Both the position numbers and the translations under genes were made by a program. From a bacterium (GTDB taxonomy: Bacteria > Omnitrophota > Gorgyraeia > Zapsychrales > Zapsychraceae): a stretch of DNA of 64,000 nucleotides. Location: NCBI GenBank assembly GCA_030429765.1, contig JAUIER010000006.1:23925-87924 (forward strand). The letters are read 5' to 3'. Numbering within the stretch: position 1 is the first letter of the stretch; the number at the start of each line of letters is the position of its first letter. The notes under the pieces are model-generated. The model was not told the origin of the DNA, searched no databases, and saw nothing but the letters and a program-made list of their open reading frames with translations. Below are positions 47,648-57,845 of this stretch, one piece after another.

Positions 47648-49054
47648 TTAGGAGGATCCCAGAGAGGTCAATGAATGCCGGGTTCGATTCGGCTGAGTCG
47701 ATGCCGCCAGCAAAATCGTGACCGTGGTGACCAACGGAAAGAAATGCAGTAATAATCGCGGGACATTGACCTTTTCGTAGTACCCGATAATAAGATCGTA
47801 GTTTTCCGTAAACACGATCACACCGAAATGCAGTCCTAGAAACAGCACAATCGTTCCCAATAACAAATACACATCACGGGACACACGCTGAACGAATACC
47901 AGCACAACGCTCAGAACGAATACCCACCACAGAATATTCCAGTGCCCGCTCACAAACATAAACTTGAACAAGGCCTTTACGGTGGCGGGAATGCGCGGCC
48001 AGTCCGTCCATTGAAAGTCAAATCCCGCTCGCTCGGCAATCTCCACCCCATGCACGATCTTGCCGATGGCGTAGAGTACTATCGGAATAATCGCGATCAC
48101 GGTAAATTGGATCAACTTCTTAACCCGGGCCGCGATGGCTTGTTTGGACATCCACAATACCGCCAACAACAGGAACATATGAATCATCCAATACCCATTG
48201 CCTTCCAGTTTAACGAACGTCCCGGCCCCGGAAAAAACCGCCGCCAATATCAGGTACGCATTTTTTTGGTGGCGAGACCACAAAATAATCCAGAACACCG
48301 TCGAGCAATTATACAGGACCAGGGTCCATTCCCGATACGCCACGGCGGCAAACGACAACGCGTATTCCGACGTAAAAATCAATCCCACACCGATGAGGGC
48401 CCAGAGTTTATGGACAAAACAACGCAGAAAATAGTAATTGATCACGATAAACGCCATGAAATTCAACGGAAAGATGATCTTGATCCATTGATCATTCCAA
48501 TGCTGCAGATTCATTGAGATCCATGTCGCCCACAAAGGAACGTGCAAAGGATAAGACGGACGCGGTACATTTTTAAGAGAAGCCAAACTATTCTCATGGA
48601 AAAAGACGTGCGCCTTGAACATACTCGTCGACATCGCGTCCCAGACGAACACCGGCATGTTCAGCGCACGCCAGAAGATCATCCATACATGCACCGCCAG
48701 ATACAGCATCAAAAGCGCATAGCTCAGCCGTTGAAGTGTGGTCATATCATCATTATCCACGAGCCTCATGTAAGCCGTTTCCTCAACAGACCGTTTCCGT
48801 CCTCGGATCAGACTCATCCCGAGAGACGCGCCGCCCATTCCCATCAGTCCTCCATAAATCGTCGCCCCCGACCAGGGAATTCCGGTCAGATCATACATCA
48901 ACATTAACATCGGCAGCAGCATGGAACCCAACGCGTACGAAACAGCCAACGTCAATGGTACCGGCCATTCCTCATCCACGATGCAACGCAACATCCCGTA
49001 GCCGGCAATCACGGGAATCATAATCGTAAGAATCAATGGAAGATAGTCAATCAT
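47648..49054 (-). CDS. polytopic membrane protein (~11 TM; possible glycosyl/acyl-transferase-like)
   Basis: 468 aa with many TM helices. Last gene of an SGNH/TPR operon. No definitive motif. Confidence 0.45.
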   Translation of the reverse strand: MIDYLPLILTIMIPVIAGYGMLRCIVDEEWPVPLTLAVSYALGSMLLPMLMLMYDLTGIPWSGATIYGGLMGMGGASLGMSLIRGRKRSVEETAYMRLVDNDDMTTLQRLSYALLMLYLAVHVWMIFWRALNMPVFVWDAMSTSMFKAHVFFHENSLASLKNVPRPSYPLHVPLWATWISMNLQHWNDQWIKIIFPLNFMAFIVINYYFLRCFVHKLWALIGVGLIFTSEYALSFAAVAYREWTLVLYNCSTVFWIILWSRHQKNAYLILAAVFSGAGTFVKLEGNGYWMIHMFLLLAVLWMSKQAIAARVKKLIQFTVIAIIPIVLYAIGKIVHGVEIAERAGFDFQWTDWPRIPATVKALFKFMFVSGHWNILWWVFVLSVVLVFVQRVSRDVYLLLGTIVLFLGLHFGVIVFTENYDLIIGYYEKVNVPRLLLHFFPLVTTVTILLAASTQPNRTRHSLTSLGSS

Positions 49055-49605
49055 GGCTGATCCTTCACGGCAAAGATGACATTGGGATTAAATTGCTGAT
49101 GGATGCGGTAATCCGTTGGAATGAATTGAGCCGCGTCTTGTTTATGAAAATATACAATCGCGTGATGGGGACGATCGGGATCCACCTGACGCAACGCCAC
49201 TTCAGGATACAGATAGTAGGCCAATTTGCGGTACAGGATAAAACCCGGACTGCGTTCCAGATCCAGGTCGGAAATCAGTTCAGTTTGATAGGGCCGGTCC
49301 ACTCCCTGCCGGATGCGCTGTGCCAGCAGATACGGCTGGCCATGGATAAGCCACCTGCGCTCTTGATCGGACCGTCCGCTGTATGTGCTCACGTCCCGGG
49401 TAAAATCCCGGAATGTTGTCGGGACCTGAAGAACACTCCATACCATCACAGCGACGAGACCGTAGACCGGCAGCAGCTGGAAGGCGCGCTGAAGCGGCGG
49501 CTGTTTGCGACGTTTCATCCGCGTGTAGGTCAAGGCATCCACGCACCACAAAATTATGGCCATGGTCAACGCAAAGACCGTTGGATTGGACCAGCCGTAT
49601 CCCAT
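49051..49605 (-). CDS. hypothetical membrane-anchored protein
   Basis: About 185 aa with a TM helix (VFALTMAIILWCVDAL). Overlaps both flanking genes by 4 nt. Confidence 0.35.
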   Translation of the reverse strand: MGYGWSNPTVFALTMAIILWCVDALTYTRMKRRKQPPLQRAFQLLPVYGLVAVMVWSVLQVPTTFRDFTRDVSTYSGRSDQERRWLIHGQPYLLAQRIRQGVDRPYQTELISDLDLERSPGFILYRKLAYYLYPEVALRQVDPDRPHHAIVYFHKQDAAQFIPTDYRIHQQFNPNVIFAVKDQP

Positions 49606-51263
49606 CACTCGGACCCCGCCGGTAAAGCGTGTTGAATCCCCGCCGCCAATTGTTCCGCGATCAATCGATTGCATCGAACGCTGCAATGGCCGAAGTCTCC
49701 GGCAAAATGATCACTAAACAATTCGCTGTACTCGAGATCGGCCAGTTCGTCCTCAAAATTGGCAAGGTTCTCGACAAAAACCAAATCATCAAAATCACTC
49801 AACTGATGGCGTATCGACTGTTGATCGAGCATCGGATACTGCATACTCACATGCCGCACCCCCTTGTCTTTTAACAGCGCCGCAATCCGTCGATAATAGT
49901 GCAAGGTGTAGGGATGGACATATTCATTCTGATAGTATTCCGCCTGTTTGGTGAGTTCCGGGACTTCATCGTTCTTGGCCTGTGACTTCAGGGCCCGGAT
50001 AAGCCCCTGATACATATTCGCCCGATGACCGTTGTATTCAAATCCGTCCCGATAGGTTTGTTCCGCCCGCGCCAGCAACCCTTGCTGAAAAAAGAGTTCG
50101 CCCAAGTGATCATAGGAATTCGAGCTGCGCGGGTCTTTTTCAATCGCCAGGTCATAGGCCTTTTGCGCCAGCGCATAGTCTTTTAATTTGGACAACACGT
50201 CCCCCGCCTCCAGATACATCCAGTGATCGCCGATCCGGTTGTCGACGATAAATTGGTACATATTGCGCGAACGGACCGCCTGACCTCCGTCGCGGTACAG
50301 CCGGGCCATCTCCAGATAGATCATCGGGACCTTCTGATCAATCGCGGCCGCCTGCTGTAACACAGTTAAAGCCGGTCCGAATTGTTTGAGACGCCGCAAC
50401 GCGCGGGCCAATTCTAGATAAGCAACAACCGATTGAGGATCGGCCTCCACCGCCTGACGAAAGTAACCCAGCGCCGTATTAACATCCCCGCGCCCGGTAT
50501 ACCAGCGCCCGACATACACCAATAATTTCATCTGCGCGGCGCCGACACCCTTACGCTGTTTGAGCGCTTCCAGGGCCTTGGGAGACGCTGATGGATGACC
50601 GGACTGTTCGATCAGTTCATCCATCGCCCGTGTGGCCTGCTCCATCTGTCCGATCTGCCGGAGCATCTGCGTCGGGGCATCCTGTTGATCGGTGACAATG
50701 CCGCGATCCATCAGCTCATCCGCATCAATCGCTCCTTGCTCCCGTTCCTCATCGACACGCCCGCGAAAATAGGGAATCGCCGCTGTCACAAACTGCACGA
50801 CACGAAACTGCGCGATAAAATCTGCGACCTGGTCCACCAGACCTCTGTCCAGCGTCTGGTTGGTAATGTGATCGTTGATCCCCATCATCGTCACCACCAT
50901 ATCCGGCTGATATTTTTTCAGATTGGCCTCAAGGTGTTCGTAGATATACTCCGATGTGATCGACGGGACGCCTTTGTTGATCACCCGATACTTTCGTTTG
51001 GCATTGGATTGGTTGAGAATTTCCTGCAGCTGCGACGGATAAGAATCATCATCGCCCAACGCCGTTGTCGATTCTCCGAGACACAGGATCGTGTAGACAT
51101 CATCCGTCCCCTGCATGGCCTGATTGCGGCGTTCCTGCAGATGCAAAAACACCGCCCCGGTCAATCGTAAAGCGATCTCAAGCGCCACACAACTGACAAT
51201 GAATCCAAACGCTATCAGTCCGACCTTTTGTTTCAGCGAAGTTTTAGGGGAGGATTTTGTCAT
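49605..51263 (-). CDS. membrane-anchored split SGNH-hydrolase-like protein with TPR insertion (paralog of 21310-22956)
   Basis: N-terminal TM helix. SGNH block I LGESTT, block III MMGINDH, ~300 aa of TPR repeats, then block V DHFAGDFGH at the C-terminus. Confidence 0.5.
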   Translation of the reverse strand: MTKSSPKTSLKQKVGLIAFGFIVSCVALEIALRLTGAVFLHLQERRNQAMQGTDDVYTILCLGESTTALGDDDSYPSQLQEILNQSNAKRKYRVINKGVPSITSEYIYEHLEANLKKYQPDMVVTMMGINDHITNQTLDRGLVDQVADFIAQFRVVQFVTAAIPYFRGRVDEEREQGAIDADELMDRGIVTDQQDAPTQMLRQIGQMEQATRAMDELIEQSGHPSASPKALEALKQRKGVGAAQMKLLVYVGRWYTGRGDVNTALGYFRQAVEADPQSVVAYLELARALRRLKQFGPALTVLQQAAAIDQKVPMIYLEMARLYRDGGQAVRSRNMYQFIVDNRIGDHWMYLEAGDVLSKLKDYALAQKAYDLAIEKDPRSSNSYDHLGELFFQQGLLARAEQTYRDGFEYNGHRANMYQGLIRALKSQAKNDEVPELTKQAEYYQNEYVHPYTLHYYRRIAALLKDKGVRHVSMQYPMLDQQSIRHQLSDFDDLVFVENLANFEDELADLEYSELFSDHFAGDFGHCSVRCNRLIAEQLAAGIQHALPAGSE

Positions 51264-51290
51264 GACAGACCAAAAAATTAGGGCGACACA

Positions 51291-51318
51291 GTTAAACTTA
51301 TCTCATTATAAGTTTAAC
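51291..51318 (-). terminator. hairpin terminator after V-ATPase operon
   Basis: GTTAAACTTAT-ctcatt-ATAAGTTTAAC inverted repeat. Followed on the minus strand by AATTTTTTGG. Confidence 0.4.
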
Positions 51319-51361
51319 CGGCCGCCCGATCTAAAGAAAAAAACAAAACGTTGAACGCGTC

Positions 51362-51799
51362 TTATCCGGCAAAGACCTTGATTTGTCCCATCAGGAATAC
51401 CATAACAAACAGCGCGACCGTCTCGACGATACCCAACGCGATAATGTAGTTAGTCGTCCCCTTACCGGTTTCAGCCAACGAATCACACGCGCCGGCCGCG
51501 GCCTTACCCTGCATCCAGGCCGACATTCCCATCCCCATACCACCAAAAATCCCCATACCTAATAGAGGATGGCCGGCCGCTGCGGCTGTGGCTATCTTAC
51601 CCATCAAGATCATGGCGTAAATTGTCTGAGACAACGGGAACCCGACGAATACGATCAACAAGAATGGTGCAGTCTTATTTTGTGAAAAAGATCTCTTCCA
51701 CGCGCCGACAGCCCCTTGAGCCGCGATTCCGGTTCCTAGGGCCGATCCCATGGCCGCCAAAGATAGACACGCCGCTACACCAAAATCTTCTAATAACAT
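51362..51799 (-). CDS. atpK: V/A-type ATP synthase subunit K (proteolipid)
   Basis: 145-aa glycine-rich 4-TM proteolipid (GMGMGMSAWMQG...GIVETVALFVMV). Confidence 0.85.
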   Translation of the reverse strand: MLLEDFGVAACLSLAAMGSALGTGIAAQGAVGAWKRSFSQNKTAPFLLIVFVGFPLSQTIYAMILMGKIATAAAAGHPLLGMGIFGGMGMGMSAWMQGKAAAGACDSLAETGKGTTNYIIALGIVETVALFVMVFLMGQIKVFAG

Positions 51800-51821
51800 A
51801 AATTCAACCTCCGTTTTTATT

Positions 51822-53579
51822 TTAAATTGTTGCTTCTTTTAATTTCTTTTTAAATGGATTGTACTTGGATCCCACCCACTCTAAGCCCAAGTGACCGGAA
51901 AATTCCAGAACATTCAGCCTGATTGCGTGAACCAATATAGCCATGGCCGATAAGATAAGATTCAATACATGGAGAACAAACATAAATATATACCCGGTAA
52001 ATCCCATTTCCGCCGGCATGGCGTTCGCGGCATCCGCGACAGCAACAGCTGCTAAACCAACCGCAAACAGTCTAATATAGGAAATAATATCGGTACCTGC
52101 TCCAATAACTGAAAGGACATGCGGTATTGATTCTTGGCCAATATTCTTCTTTAATTCTTTGAATGAAGGGAACATGAACAGCAACGCCACGACAGCCCCA
52201 CCGATAATCAATGGCCCGGTAAAGGACGGGACAGCCTTACCTAACACGAACATGTTTGCTAAAAAATACATTCCCCAAATAACCATCAACCATCCAACCT
52301 CCGAAAGAACCGTAATGGATGGCATCTTGCGGATAGCCGTCCATATATGGGCAATATTTAGGTGAACTAAGGCAATTGTAAAGCATAACCACTGAAGATT
52401 ATCCATATCATTGAGCCATGGGACGACCGGGTTTATCGATTCCGGTAGCCATTGTTGACCAAAATATGTTCCCGTCAAAATCCCCCAAAATACTGTGAAC
52501 CCATTTAAGAGATACAGCAGACTAAACGCTGTCTGATCCTTGAGCTTGTGACCCAATTTCTTTTGCGCAATAAAGGTAAACAGCAGAAATATAGCACCAT
52601 AACCCGCATCACCTATCAGAATTGCAAAAAACAACGTAAAGAAAATCAAAAAGACCGCGCTGACGTCGACTTCCTTGTATCCCGGCAAAATCTCAATCAC
52701 ACCCAACGCCGGCTTGCTTAACTCCACCCACTTGGGATTCCGCATCAATGTCGGGACTTCATCCTCATCGGATGGATCCTCGATCAATAGTCCCCAATGG
52801 TTTTGTTTGGAATAATCTTTAAGATCAAACACCTGATCGTCGGGGATAAATCCTTTGAGGAAACACACATCGTCATAATCCGTCATGCCCGCCGCTGTTT
52901 GGGAAAACGTCAGATCATATTGGGAATTTTCACGGATCTGTTTCAGACACTCCAGATAGGCCGCGTTCTCGTTCAATAACTCTTTGGCCGCCTTGACCTT
53001 CATTTCATCATGTTCCTGAAGCATCTTGAGATTATTCAATGAATTGGTCGGCAAGGAGACCTTGGTAAATGGTAAATCTTCGGCTTTGTCGGAAATCGAG
53101 ATAAACCGGCGCATCCCTCGGGAATTCGAAACTTCCTGAAAGACATGATTATCAGGCAGAATCAGATTCTTCGTCGACGCGGGAATCTCATACAGCTCAA
53201 CAAACATCCCCTTGTCGCGCAGTTTCTCAATCTCAACGGGATCAAAATTTCCCCATTCTTCCCACTTGGTGATCAAGGCCTTGCGTTTCTCGATAAAATC
53301 GGCGTTCTGAGTGATCAAGCTCTGCAGATCGAGGATTTCCGTCGCTGTCTTGATCCAGTCTTCACATTTTTTCTGTGCCGGACGTTCCGTACAAGTTTCC
53401 AGAATACCGATCACCTGGTCCAACACTTCGACGGTCTCATTGGCCTCATCGACACGATGTCCCGTCGGTGACTGACAATGTTCAATGTGAACCGTTCCCA
53501 GCTCGGCCAATCGTTCCAGTGACGCCTCCAAATGACTCTTCTGGACGATCACATGAATTTTTTTCATGGATACGATCAT
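51822..53579 (-). CDS. atpI: V/A-type ATP synthase subunit I
   Basis: Soluble N-terminal domain plus a C-terminal multi-TM domain with the conserved Arg region. Start set at MIVSMKK, which has an AGGAG RBS. Confidence 0.8.
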   Translation of the reverse strand: MIVSMKKIHVIVQKSHLEASLERLAELGTVHIEHCQSPTGHRVDEANETVEVLDQVIGILETCTERPAQKKCEDWIKTATEILDLQSLITQNADFIEKRKALITKWEEWGNFDPVEIEKLRDKGMFVELYEIPASTKNLILPDNHVFQEVSNSRGMRRFISISDKAEDLPFTKVSLPTNSLNNLKMLQEHDEMKVKAAKELLNENAAYLECLKQIRENSQYDLTFSQTAAGMTDYDDVCFLKGFIPDDQVFDLKDYSKQNHWGLLIEDPSDEDEVPTLMRNPKWVELSKPALGVIEILPGYKEVDVSAVFLIFFTLFFAILIGDAGYGAIFLLFTFIAQKKLGHKLKDQTAFSLLYLLNGFTVFWGILTGTYFGQQWLPESINPVVPWLNDMDNLQWLCFTIALVHLNIAHIWTAIRKMPSITVLSEVGWLMVIWGMYFLANMFVLGKAVPSFTGPLIIGGAVVALLFMFPSFKELKKNIGQESIPHVLSVIGAGTDIISYIRLFAVGLAAVAVADAANAMPAEMGFTGYIFMFVLHVLNLILSAMAILVHAIRLNVLEFSGHLGLEWVGSKYNPFKKKLKEATI

Positions 53580-53580
53580 A

Positions 53581-54201
53581 TTATTCGGCTCCTGCGGGCT
53601 GCAGATCCCGCGCTTCAACTTTCTTTTTGGCGACCTTACTCACACCGACCGCATTGGCCTGCTGGTCGCCTAGATAGATTCGGATCTTCCGGATATTCTG
53701 CTGACATTCCGGAATCTTGACCTTTTCAAACAAATTGACGCGCTGCGTCGTCGTGCGTAATTCTTTCTCCAGAATACGCATCTGTTTTTTGATAATCTCA
53801 ACCTCACATGTTAAAGAAACAATGTGACGAATTTCCTCAAGCCCTTTGTCGACCCACAACGGCGTTTCATAGTAGTCGTATTCGGCTTTCTCGTAGGTGA
53901 CGTCTTCAAAGACCGGCACGTCCGCCCCCGCCACGTTCATGTTGGAGGTATTGATTTCCGCCGGCGTGATCCACGGCTTGAGATCAATCGCTGAATCAGC
54001 CAATAACCCCGCCCAGCGCTGAATCGACCCGTCGCGCTCGTCGAGGATCAATTGCTTGGCCTTGATCACCTTGCGGATCTCAAGGATCTTCATCTGCAAC
54101 TGCTGCTTCTTGAGCTGCAGCGTCGGAAGATAGCGCTTGAACTGCTTCAAACTATCACGCTGTTTTTTGAGTTCACCTTTTGTGAGTTTGATCTTGGACA
54201 T
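53581..54201 (-). CDS. atpD: V/A-type ATP synthase subunit D
   Basis: MSKIKLTKGELKKQRDSLKQFKRYLPTLQLKKQQL is the canonical subunit D N-terminus. Confidence 0.85.
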   Translation of the reverse strand: MSKIKLTKGELKKQRDSLKQFKRYLPTLQLKKQQLQMKILEIRKVIKAKQLILDERDGSIQRWAGLLADSAIDLKPWITPAEINTSNMNVAGADVPVFEDVTYEKAEYDYYETPLWVDKGLEEIRHIVSLTCEVEIIKKQMRILEKELRTTTQRVNLFEKVKIPECQQNIRKIRIYLGDQQANAVGVSKVAKKKVEARDLQPAGAE

Positions 54202-54207
54202 GATGTT

Positions 54208-55515
54208 CTATTTGGCCGCCGCCGTTTCGGGCCAGAATTTATCAATCAATTTTTGGTTCATCCCGGTTTCCGCCGGTTCAAAGCACTCGGCCAGGATTGT
54301 CCAGCCCAGGTCCAGCGCCTCTTCCAATGGAATATTCACCGACAGGTCCATCAACCGGTGCTCAAACTGAACCCCGTACTTGAGAAGTTTTTCATCCCAC
54401 GAGCTCATCTGGAATCCCATCGACCGTTTTTCCAATACCTCACGGTAGTCCGCGAACAGCTGGATCATCCGGTCCATGATTGCCCGGTGATCGTCGCGCG
54501 TTTTGCTGTTGACCTGCTGTTTCAATCGGCTCAACGAACCAAACGGCTCGATACGTCCGCCGCGCAGATAAAACTGTCCTTCGGTAATATAGCCGGTGTT
54601 ATCCGGAATTGGATGCGTGACATCATCCCCAGGCATACTCGTGACACCAAGAATCGTAATTGATCCGGCCCCGTCGAAGTCAACGGCCTTCTCGTAACGC
54701 GCGGCCAACTGGCTGTACAAATCACCTGGATAACCGCGGTTGGATGGGATCTGTTCCATCGTGATCGCGATCTCTTTAAGCGCGTCGGAGAAGTTGGTCA
54801 TATCCGTCAGCAAAACCAGAACACGTTTACCTTCCAGCGCAAATTGTTCGGCCACGGCCAGACACATATCCGGCACCAACAGACATTCCACCGTCGGGTC
54901 AGACGCCGTGTGAATAAACATCACCGAGCGTGACAACGAGCCCTGTGCTTCGAGTGTGTCACGAAACGAAATATAGTCGTCGTACTTGAGTCCCATACCG
55001 CCCAGGATAATCGCGTCAACCTCGGCCTGCATCGCGATCCGCGCCAGCAATTCGTTATACGGCTCACCCGCGACCGAGAAGATCGGCAGCTTTTGCGATT
55101 CAACCAGTGTGTTAAAGACATCAATCATCGGAATCCCGGTACGGATCATATTCTTGGGAACGACACGCTTGGCCGGATTCACCGACGGCCCGCCGATGTC
55201 GATCATGTTGTCACTCAACGCCGGCCCTTTGTCCCGCGGCTCCCCGCTTCCGGTAAAGATACGTCCCAACAGATCAGCCGAATACGAAACCTGAATCTGT
55301 CGCTTGAGAAAACGAACCTTGTCATTGGTGGAAATTCCACGGCTTCCGTCGAGAACCTGCAATGAAACCTTCTTACCGTCCAGCCGGATCACCTGCGCCA
55401 GCGATGTCCCCAGCGATGTCTTGATCTCGGCCAATTCCTTGTACGCGATGTCTTCGGCCTCGACCGTGATAACATCCCCTGCAATCTGAATAATCTGACT
55501 ATACACTTTTTGCAT
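54208..55515 (-). CDS. atpB: V/A-type ATP synthase subunit B
   Basis: Regulatory B subunit. [29 protein letters not shown] region with no intact P-loop. Confidence 0.9.
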   Translation of the reverse strand: MQKVYSQIIQIAGDVITVEAEDIAYKELAEIKTSLGTSLAQVIRLDGKKVSLQVLDGSRGISTNDKVRFLKRQIQVSYSADLLGRIFTGSGEPRDKGPALSDNMIDIGGPSVNPAKRVVPKNMIRTGIPMIDVFNTLVESQKLPIFSVAGEPYNELLARIAMQAEVDAIILGGMGLKYDDYISFRDTLEAQGSLSRSVMFIHTASDPTVECLLVPDMCLAVAEQFALEGKRVLVLLTDMTNFSDALKEIAITMEQIPSNRGYPGDLYSQLAARYEKAVDFDGAGSITILGVTSMPGDDVTHPIPDNTGYITEGQFYLRGGRIEPFGSLSRLKQQVNSKTRDDHRAIMDRMIQLFADYREVLEKRSMGFQMSSWDEKLLKYGVQFEHRLMDLSVNIPLEEALDLGWTILAECFEPAETGMNQKLIDKFWPETAAAK

Positions 55516-55530
55516 ATTCGTTCCCCTTAA

Positions 55531-57270
55531 TTATGCGGCCTGAAGCTCTTCAGCTTTACCCTCCGCCATCTTCTTACGAAGCGCGGCCACCGTATCATTA
55601 AATTCGCCGGATTTAAACTCCTGCGAATTCCAGTTCTTGAACAGCTGCGTCAATTCCTGAAAATATCGACGCGCGCGGTCTTTATTCTGAAATTTGAATT
55701 TCTGATCCAGAATCTCGATAATAAAATCAAACACATAAATCTGACGCTCGGCCGGTGTAGCCTCATCCGTCTTATCAAACGCGTTTTGCTGCAGGTAGAC
55801 TGCGTCAAAAAATTCACCTTTCAGGTATTCAATAAATTCATCGTTCGATGTCCCTTCTTCCCCGACAACCTTCATCATCTGACCGACGCTGTTGCCTTTG
55901 CGCAACATGGCCACACTTTTCGCCGCCTTGTCATTGTCGACAAAACTCGGATACTTGCTCCAGCTGTCGAGCGGATCGATGGTCGGATAGCGTCGAGCAT
56001 TCGCCCGTGCCTGAGATAGCCCCAGGAATCCGCCCACAACCTTCAAGGTTGCCTGTGTCACCGGCTCTTCGAAGTTTCCACCGGCCGGCGAAACCGCTCC
56101 GCCGATGGTGATCGATCCGGTTGATCCGTCTCTGAACTTGACCAGACCGGCGCGCTCATAAAAGGACGCAATCCGCGATTCCAGATAGGCTGGAAACGCC
56201 TCTTCCCCCGGAATTTCTTCCAGACGTCCGGACATCTCCCGCATCGCCTGCGCCCAGCGTGATGTTGAATCAGCCAACAGCAGGACATTCAATCCCATTT
56301 GACGATAGTATTCGGCCAATGTCACTCCGGTGTATACCGACGACTCACGCGCCGCAACCGGCATCGAACTGGTGTTGCAGATAATGATCGTGCGTTCCAT
56401 CAATGTCTTGCCGGTTTTCGGATCGATCAATTCCGGAAACTCTTCCAGGATCTCCACAACCTCACCCGCGCGTTCACCACAGGCCGCGACAATGACCACG
56501 TCGACCTCGGCGTGACGGCTCAGCAAATGCTGCAAGACAGTCTTGCCCGCACCGAACGGCCCGGGTGTACAGAATGTTCCGCCAACGGCCACCGGACAAA
56601 TCGTATCAATCAGACGGATCTTGGTAACCAACGGTTCTTTGGGCTTGAGTTTTTCGGCGTAAGCCTTGATGGGAACCTTGACCGGCCATGTCTGGACCAT
56701 CTTGATATCATACTTCTTGCCGGCCTCATCCTTGACCTTGGCCACCACCTTGTCAATCGCGTACTGTCCGTTGTCGACGATATCGACGACTTCAAAATCA
56801 CCTTCCCAGTTAAACGGCACCATAATCTTGTGGTCGAACAGATTTTCGGGAACCGTTCCCACGGTGTCTCCGGCACGGACCTTTGAGCCGACCTTGACGG
56901 TGGCCGTAAATTCCCATAATTTTTCTTCATCCAACGGCTTCATGTACTTGCCGCGTTTGAGAAAGAAACCATATTCCTCGGCCAACTGCGGCAATGGATT
57001 CTGCAACCCGTCAAAAATCTTTCCCAGCAATCCCGGCCCCAACTCCACACTCAGAAGCTCGTCGGAGAACTCAACTTTATTTCCCACCTTGATCCCGGCC
57101 GTATCTTCAAAAACCTGCAGGTCCGCTGAATTTCCCTTGACCCGGATGACCTCCGCTTTGAGCTTTTCCTGATCGCACACCACATAGGCCACCTCGTTCT
57201 GCTTGACCTTTTCCGTAAATTCAACGGCGACCATGTTTCCATTGACGCCGACGACTCGTCCTGTTCTCAT
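55531..57270 (-). CDS. atpA: V/A-type ATP synthase catalytic subunit A
   Basis: Walker A GPFGAGKT and the non-homologous insert typical of A subunits. Confidence 0.9.
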   Translation of the reverse strand: MRTGRVVGVNGNMVAVEFTEKVKQNEVAYVVCDQEKLKAEVIRVKGNSADLQVFEDTAGIKVGNKVEFSDELLSVELGPGLLGKIFDGLQNPLPQLAEEYGFFLKRGKYMKPLDEEKLWEFTATVKVGSKVRAGDTVGTVPENLFDHKIMVPFNWEGDFEVVDIVDNGQYAIDKVVAKVKDEAGKKYDIKMVQTWPVKVPIKAYAEKLKPKEPLVTKIRLIDTICPVAVGGTFCTPGPFGAGKTVLQHLLSRHAEVDVVIVAACGERAGEVVEILEEFPELIDPKTGKTLMERTIIICNTSSMPVAARESSVYTGVTLAEYYRQMGLNVLLLADSTSRWAQAMREMSGRLEEIPGEEAFPAYLESRIASFYERAGLVKFRDGSTGSITIGGAVSPAGGNFEEPVTQATLKVVGGFLGLSQARANARRYPTIDPLDSWSKYPSFVDNDKAAKSVAMLRKGNSVGQMMKVVGEEGTSNDEFIEYLKGEFFDAVYLQQNAFDKTDEATPAERQIYVFDFIIEILDQKFKFQNKDRARRYFQELTQLFKNWNSQEFKSGEFNDTVAALRKKMAEGKAEELQAA

Positions 57271-57284
57271 TTTTTTCTCCTTTA

Positions 57285-57833
57285 TCAGTAAGCAGTGACT
57301 TCCTCAGGGAAATCAATCTTCTTGAGATCTTCGTAAATTTCCTTGCCCTTGGGCGACGCGATATTGGAATACCGCTCAACAATGCGTAATTTCAAACCGT
57401 ATAATAAAATGTAGGCCAGATTATAAAACTGTCCGACCGATAAATCTTCGTAATATTTCCATCGGGCCTGACTGATCATCTTGTCACCTTCCAATGGATC
57501 GGCCGCGTTGGCCGCGTCTTTGACGAGCTGTGCGATTAAATGATTAAATTGATAAGTCCCGCGGATGAACTCTCGCGGTTCCTGGTTGGCCTTTCGGGCC
57601 CGGTGGGATGCGACTTCATTGTTGATGTCGCGTTCAAATTGATCGACGGCCGACAGGATCGGATGACTGGTGGCCGCGCCTTGATTGGTTAACAAGCCGT
57701 GAACAACGGCAAAATCTTTGTTGGATAGCTGCTGGCGGGCGCTGTCGAGAAACTCCTGAACAGAAAACGGAAGTTCTCCATCGAAGTCAAGTGAGGGAAG
57801 ACTTGCTCCAAAGTAATAATATGATGATGCCAT
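57285..57833 (-). CDS. DUF2764-like V-ATPase-associated protein
   Basis: 182-aa ORF between subunits E and A. This position is occupied by DUF2764 in 7-gene V-ATPase operons. Confidence 0.45.
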   Translation of the reverse strand: MASSYYYFGASLPSLDFDGELPFSVQEFLDSARQQLSNKDFAVVHGLLTNQGAATSHPILSAVDQFERDINNEVASHRARKANQEPREFIRGTYQFNHLIAQLVKDAANAADPLEGDKMISQARWKYYEDLSVGQFYNLAYILLYGLKLRIVERYSNIASPKGKEIYEDLKKIDFPEEVTAY

Positions 57834-57845
57834 AATATACCGGTC

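Noticed and set aside
54052-57242. Numerous 60-200 aa ORFs overlapping V-ATPase subunits A and B
   Set aside because: They fall in alternative frames of strongly supported ATPase genes.
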